In this document: piece by piece, positions 27,627 to 32,000 of the stretch
Layout of the letters: each line of letters begins with the position of its first letter
Numbering within the stretch: position 1 is the first letter of the stretch
DNA from: Gemmata obscuriglobus
GTDB taxonomy: Bacteria; Planctomycetota; Planctomycetia; Gemmatales; Gemmataceae
Direction of reading: 5' to 3'
Assembly: GCF_008065095.1 (NCBI RefSeq)
Contig: NZ_CP042911.1
Span: forward strand, 5,100,001 to 5,132,000
DNA length: 32,000 nucleotides
Notes under the pieces: model-generated
What the model saw: only the letters and a program-made list of their open reading frames with translations
Databases searched by the model: none
Told to the model about the DNA's origin: nothing
Translations under genes and position numbers: made by a program

Positions 27627-28017
27627 ATCGCCCGGGTGTTCGTCCGCGCGGCTTCGGGTCGCCAGCGGTTCAACGTGTTGGGGGCCTGGAACGCGGTCAC
27701 TCGGGCCCTGGTGTCGGTCACCAACAGCACCGTGGCGAACACCGACACCATGTGCCAACTGCGGCGGGCCATCGCCGCCCAGGACCTGGTCGGCCCGGTC
27801 ACCCTGGTTCTGGACAACGCCCGGTACCAGCGGAACAAGGTGGTTCAGCAGTTGGCCGCGGAGCTGTCGATCCGGCTGCTGTTCCTGCCCAGCTACTCGC
27901 CCAACCTGAACCTCATCGAGCGGCTCTGGGGGGGGGCCAAGCGGCACAGCGTGTACGGCCGATACCACCCCGACTTCGCGTCCTTCCGAACCGCCATTGA
28001 GACCACACTCGCCGGCA
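27627..28017 (+). pseudogene. IS630-family transposase DDE domain, distal part (copy 2)
   Basis: IARVFVRAASGRQRFNVLGAWNAVTR...VLDNARYQRNK...LLFLPSYSPNLNLIERLWGGAKRH is collinear with copy 1. The ORF-track ORF 27615-28142 reads on into unrelated IS66-type DNA. Confidence 0.7.
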
Positions 28018-28459
28018 GTAAGCGTTCACAGTTGATGTGGATGTATCTCAACAGCCGGCGAGAGCTGGACTCCTCACCGATGGTTGTTGAGCCGGGACCG
28101 GGATCAGGGTTGGTGGCGTTGCCCCAGTGCGATGTGCGGTGACGGCGTCGGTCTCCGGGGTCGAGCCCACCAACAACGCGGCCGAGCGCGAGGTGCGTCA
28201 CGCGGTGTGCGGGCGCAAGACCAGCTTCGGCACCGACAGCGCGACCGGGAGCCGGTTCGTGGAGCGGATCCTCACGGTGGTCGCGTCGTGCCGCCGACAG
28301 GAACGGAATGTCCTCGCGTTCCTGACCGACGCGGTCACCGCGCACCGCACCGGGGGGACCCCACCAACCCTGATCCCGGCCCACCCGCAACAGCCACCAG
28401 TCATGACCCCAGCTCTCGCCGCTTGTTGACATACACACACATCAACTGTGAACGCTTAC
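28018..28459. mobile_element. 442-bp IS66-derived miniature element (two inverted IS66 3' termini)
   Basis: Both outer ends start GTAAGCGTTCACAGTTGATGTG, the canonical IS66 GTAAGCG terminus. About 97 bp at each end are inverted copies (roughly 85% identical by eye, not computed). These include a 19-bp perfect core, ccgggatcagggttggtgg (28094-28112) and ccaccaaccctgatcccgg (28363-28381). Confidence 0.6.
28127..28429 (+). pseudogene. IS66-family transposase C-terminal fragment
   Basis: GVEPTNNAAEREVRHAVCGRKTSFGTDSATGSRFVERILTVVASCRRQERNVLAFLTDAV is collinear with the last ~95 residues of the other IS66 copies. Confidence 0.75.
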
Positions 28460-29950
28460 GCATGGGGATTTCGGGTTTCGGGTCGGGAGTCTGGATCTCG
28501 TTGTCGTTGTGCGTGGTGAGTGTCTGGCGGTACACGTCATCCCAGATGCCGCTGAGGAGCACTACCCGTAGGGACAGGATCACCTGGGCACCGGCCTTGG
28601 TCCATCGCATGCCCGAGAGCTTCAGCCGCTGGGTGAACACGGTCTTGCACGCGGCCTCGGTGATCCCACTGCCCAACGGCACGTGCCACCCCTTGTACTC
28701 GTGGTACTGCATCCACCGGGTGCGCGCCCGGATGTACCGGTACGCCGCCTCGTACTCCTTCTTCCGACCCGGGCTCAGGACCCGAGCGGCCCGCACGGCC
28801 GCCGCCGAATGCAACACCCGGAACGGGCCGTTGGGGCGCTTCAATAGCCGGCCCATTTTCCGCGCCCAACTGCGGGCCGCGGCGGTGCCCTCCCCGAACA
28901 GGGCGCCCGCCATGGCCCAGACGCGCTCCAGCGCGAGGTAGAAATCGATCACCCGGTGCCACTCCAGGCGCGCGCCGGTCCGCGGGTGGGTCATCGTCCG
29001 CAAGACCCGCTGGTAGTACCCGGCCTCGTTATCCCCGGCGTCGGTCACGTACGCCAGCCGCGGGTCCGGACCGGTCCATTCCCGCAACACGGCCCGGACC
29101 AGGTGCGTCAACGGGTCGCTCATGCGGCCCTGGCCGTGTTCGGGCGCCCGCGCCAGGCACACGCCCCAACCGGCGGCCGGCCCGGTCGAACACCGCGAGT
29201 GTGGCGCACGAGGCCACCTCAAAGAACCCGACCGGGTGCTGCCGCAGGGTGATCCCGTCCCGGCCCACCGACAGCACCGGCTTGCGGCTCCCGCGGCTCT
29301 GGTCGGCCTGGCCCAGCAGTTCCACCAACCGCCGGACCTGCAATGCTGGGCACGCCGCGGACATGGCTTCGGACAGGCCCGCGGCCAGTTCCCGCAGGCG
29401 ACCGGTTCCCATGTTCGCCCCGTGGGTGTCACGCACCCGCTGCTGGACGGTCCGCTGTGTGGCCCCGTCCTCCGCCAGGTACCGGCCCGTGGCCTGTGCC
29501 AGAGCCGGGGTGGTATTGGCGACGAGCCCCGGAACGTGGGCCAGCGGGGCGAAGGCCGGTTCCGGGGCATGCCGGTCGGCCGGGCGGTACAGATGGCGCC
29601 ACCGGGCGATCGGCCCGAACAGGGTGCCCACCTCTTGGCGTGTCTTGGCGCGGACCAGGCGGTACTGCGTGCCCTCGAGCTGCACGTGGGCGGGCCGCGC
29701 ATCGGGGGCGCCCCCTTCCAGTCGGTTGTAGCCCCAGGCGATCACGTCACGCCCCAGTTCGCGCCGGTCCCGAGCCAGTTGGTTCTCCCAGTCGAACACA
29801 GCGGCCGGGCACACTGGTTGCGCGAGCGACGTGAGCACCCGCGGCTCCAACCGCGCCTCGAACCGTTCGAGTATGACCCGCAGGTGTTGGCGCAGGTCCG
29901 CCGTTGCCGAGCCCAGGGTGGACAGAGCCAAGGCCAGTCGGGTACTGTAA

Positions 29951-30817
29951 GTGACTGTCCCATATGTGGCGGTTGGGTGGGTAGAATGGTCCATGCGAAC
30001 CCAATCCTACCCGAGCGACGTGACCGACGAGCAGTGGGGGCTCATCGAGCCACACATCCCCGTGTACCCCGGCGGCCGTCCCCGCACCACCGCCCTGCGG
30101 GACGTCACCGACGCGGTCTTCTACGTGCTGCGGACCGGTTGCCAGTGGCGGTACCGGCCCAAGGACTTCCCGCCCAAGTCCACGGTCGGGCGGTACTTCG
30201 ACGAGTGGCGACACAACGGCACCCGCGACACGATCCATGACCTTCTCCGCAAAAAGGTCCGCACCGCCGAGAGGCCGTACTCGCCCCGGACGACCGCGAG
30301 CGTGGATAGCCAGTCGGTGGACACGACCTCCGGCGGCGAGGAGCGGGGCCGGGACAACGCCAAGAACGTGGACGGGCGGAAGCGGCACATCCTCGTGGAT
30401 TCCATGGGGTTGCTGCTGGCCGTGCTGGTGACGGCCGCGAGCGTCGATGATGCCAAGGCGGCGGCCGAACTGTTCGGCCGGCTGGACGAGCAACCGATGG
30501 GGAAGGTGCGCCGGGTGTTCGCCGACCGCAAGTACCACAACTACGCCCTGTACGAGTGGGTCGAGACGAACGCCCGGTGGGAGCTGGTCATCGTCCGCCG
30601 CCCGGACGGGGCCAAGGGGTGGGTGAAGTTACCGCGGCGGTGGACGGTGGAGCGGACGTTCGCCTGGCTGGGGACGTGCCGGCGGTTGTCCAAGGACCGG
30701 GAGAAGACGGTGCGGTCGTCGGAGGCGTTCGTCAAGTTGGCCATGATCCACCTGATGCTCAACCGGCTTGAGCCGAAAGGGGTCGACGCCGAGTTTCAAT
30801 ACCACACGGTGGCATAA
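29951..30817 (+). CDS. IS5-family DDE transposase
   Basis: The 288-aa ORF is identical to 15174-16040. Confidence 0.9.
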   Translation: MTVPYVAVGWVEWSMRTQSYPSDVTDEQWGLIEPHIPVYPGGRPRTTALRDVTDAVFYVLRTGCQWRYRPKDFPPKSTVGRYFDEWRHNGTRDTIHDLLRKKVRTAERPYSPRTTASVDSQSVDTTSGGEERGRDNAKNVDGRKRHILVDSMGLLLAVLVTAASVDDAKAAAELFGRLDEQPMGKVRRVFADRKYHNYALYEWVETNARWELVIVRRPDGAKGWVKLPRRWTVERTFAWLGTCRRLSKDREKTVRSSEAFVKLAMIHLMLNRLEPKGVDAEFQYHTVA

Positions 30818-30839
30818 ATCTCACATATGGGACAGTCAC
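29951..30839 (+). mobile_element. IS5-family element, copy 2
   Basis: All overlapping ORF translations are identical to copy 1 (offset 14777). One difference was seen by eye next to the right inverted repeat (16044 c vs 30821 t). A perfect 3-bp TAA duplication lies at 29948-29950 and 30840-30842. Confidence 0.9.
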
Positions 30840-31022
30840 TAAGTCATCGTCGCGTCCGTGTGGGTTGGGCTGGTTGGTGGTACTTCCACTCCGCCCACCG
30901 GACGCGGCGTTGTCAAGCACAATTCCAGCACCACCACGCGACCTCAAACGAACTCCCGCTCGGCAACTACCCGACGGCCAAACGAAAACACTCAAAAGGT
31001 GCGCACCAGCCGGATCACACCC

Positions 31023-32000
31023 GTTCACCTCGCAGTTCAGAGCGACGGTCAACTCGTGGAAGGCCCCTCGATCTGCCACCTCTTGAGGTAGATCTCCGCC
31101 ACCCGCACCGCGGACACCTTGCCCGGCAGGTCGGTCAGGACCTCCACCTCCGAGTCCCCGTCCTCGGTCGGCTCCTTCAGGCGCACGCGCACCTGCCGCA
31201 TCCGCAGCACCCGGTGCCTGCCCCGACAGACCTTCACCCGCCGATCGCTCACCCCGCCCCGATCCGTCTCGACCTCGCCCCCGTACTCCGTCTCGGGCTC
31301 GACGCTCAGGTTCCCGTGGCGGCGGGTGACGACATGAGCCCGCCGATCGGCCACCCCCCGCAGGAACTCCACCGTGCAGAAGTTGCGGTCCCCGGCCCAG
31401 ACGTCCCGCTCCTCCACCAGAGGCAAGACGTGCTCGATCAACGCCCGCTCCTGGGTGTGGGCGTCCTCGCACGCAACGATGTCGGTGATCAGCATCAGGG
31501 CCGGGCCGAGGACGACCAGACTCTGTCCGGGCAGGGGGCCGGCGGTGTGCCCCCGGGTGACGTCCAGTCGCCTCTGGGTGGCGGCCAGGTGGTTGCCATC
31601 GAGGATCCGCACCCGGTAGCCCGGCAGCAGGCTCTTGCACGCCCCACCCAACTCGGCGATCGGCGCCTGGCACCGGCCCGACACGTGAGTGACCACGGCC
31701 GCCGAAACACCCGTCTCGATGTTGCGGAGCTCGTCGTACACGCTCCTGAGGGTGACGGGAACTCGCTCGCGGAGGTGTGGGTACGCGGCCTGGACGTGGA
31801 GAGCCTTGCCGCCGACGACCAGGCTCATCAGGTCGACGGTGGTGGAGAACAGCAATTCCCGGGTGTAGCCGCGTTCGGCGGTCCGGTCGAACAGGTCATC
31901 GAGGGCCGAGGCCGAGAGTGCATGTTCGATGGTGGCCCGCGCCATCACACTCAACGGACGGGCCTTGAGAAAGCTCTCGAATACCCCACCGAAGAGCATG
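31023..32000 (-). mobile_element. IS4-like element copy B, inverted, truncated at 31023 and running off the window
   Basis: This is the reverse complement of copy A positions 24706-25683. All overlapping ORF translations are identical. Similarity stops after ...NCEVN, where ISKra4-like DNA begins. Confidence 0.85.
31049..31999 (-). pseudogene. IS4-like transposase, first frame only (same premature stop as copy A)
   Basis: The 316-aa ORF is identical to residues encoded by 24707-25657, ending YLKRWQIEGPSTS*. Confidence 0.8.

Larger units (their letters stand above)
23959..28017 (+). mobile_element. IS630-family element copy 2, split by two nested IS and 3'-truncated
   Basis: The left terminus is CAGTTGATC at 23959. 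There is an HTH ORF, then a DDE frame up to ...HFVYGTFLCCLWS (24626+). It resumes at 27627 (IARVFVRAASGRQRFNVLGAWN...LLFLPSYSPNLNLIERLW) and is lost after ...FRTAIETTLAGS at 28017. Confidence 0.75.
28460..30847 (-). pseudogene. ISKra4-family transposase (IS5 insertion after codon 2, one frameshift, no stop)
   Basis: Removing IS5 plus one TAA gives ATG ACT TAC AGT ... = MTYSTRLALALSTLGSATADL. There is a frame change near 29160 (..FDRAGRRLG / VCLARAPEHGQ). The signature GSGITEAACKTVFTQRLKLSGMRWTKAGAQVILSLRVVLLSGIWDD is present. Confidence 0.7.
28460..31022 (-). mobile_element. ISKra4-like element, split by IS5 copy 2 and 3'-truncated
   Basis: It is bounded by the IS66-derived mini element (28459) and by the break point in IS4-like copy B (31023). 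About 175 bp of leader lies upstream of the reconstructed ATG (30847). Confidence 0.65.

Noticed and set aside
26677-28000. 313-aa and 420-aa plus-strand ORFs across IS66 copy 2 and IS630 copy 2
   Set aside because: They are antisense or out of frame relative to well-supported transposase frames, and they cross element boundaries defined by inverted repeats and target duplications, so they cannot be single genes.
15171-30842. IS5-IS5 composite transposon that moved as a unit (outer flanks both TAA)
   Set aside because: Copy 2 on its own has a TAA/TAA duplication, and its excision restores the ISKra4-like ORF, so it inserted independently. A 3-bp TNA target matches by chance too often to support a composite transposition event.
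24627-31022. Hypothesis that the odd junctions result from inversion between the two inverted IS4-like copies
   Set aside because: In the present orientation copy A is flanked by an exact 12-bp target duplication, and the adjacent IS66 duplication also fits the uninterrupted IS630 sequence. The current arrangement around copy A is therefore the original one.
1-32000. CRISPR arrays, tandem repeats, rRNA, retron/DGR-like or defence-island gene sets
   Set aside because: No short regularly spaced direct repeats were seen, and no reverse-transcriptase, nuclease/helicase or toxin-like ORFs. Every sizeable ORF outside the flagellar and two-component block is a transposase, a DUF1501 protein, an oxidoreductase or the REC-HATPase protein.

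Overview
This is a GC-rich window (about two-thirds G+C by eye, not computed). Its gene content (Tat-signal DUF1501 proteins, a REC-HATPase fusion, a very high IS load) suggests a Planctomycetota chromosome, probably Gemmataceae-like; this is inference. Positions 1-8326 look like ordinary core genome. They hold the minus-strand basal-body operon flgB-flgC-fliE-fliF-fliG (fliG partial), a divergent fliK-like gene translationally coupled to a stand-alone FlhB C-terminal-domain gene, and a hybrid PAS histidine kinase whose stop overlaps (ATGA) the start of a REC-HDOD regulator. Positions ~8520-32000 are an insertion-sequence graveyard with copies or remnants of about ten transposase families: IS66 x3, IS630 x2, IS701-like, two different IS4-family elements, two near-identical IS5 copies, ISAs1, an IS3 orfA remnant, ISH3-like, ISKra4-like x2 and one unassigned fragment. 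There are also a 97-bp MITE-like insert and a 442-bp IS66-derived miniature element. Most of these elements are inserted into one another, and several junctions can be resolved to the base from target-site duplications and restored reading frames. Only four apparently intact host genes survive as single-gene islands: two DUF1501 genes, an FAD/NAD(P) oxidoreductase and a REC-HATPase_c_2 protein. I found no CRISPR array, rRNA, functional tRNA, or recognisable defence, toxin-antitoxin or secretion cassette. The noteworthy points are the nested-IS architecture, a shared -1 frameshift in two identical IS4-like copies, small non-autonomous elements, and IS-driven promoter displacement. Coordinates read by eye may be off by 1-2 nt.
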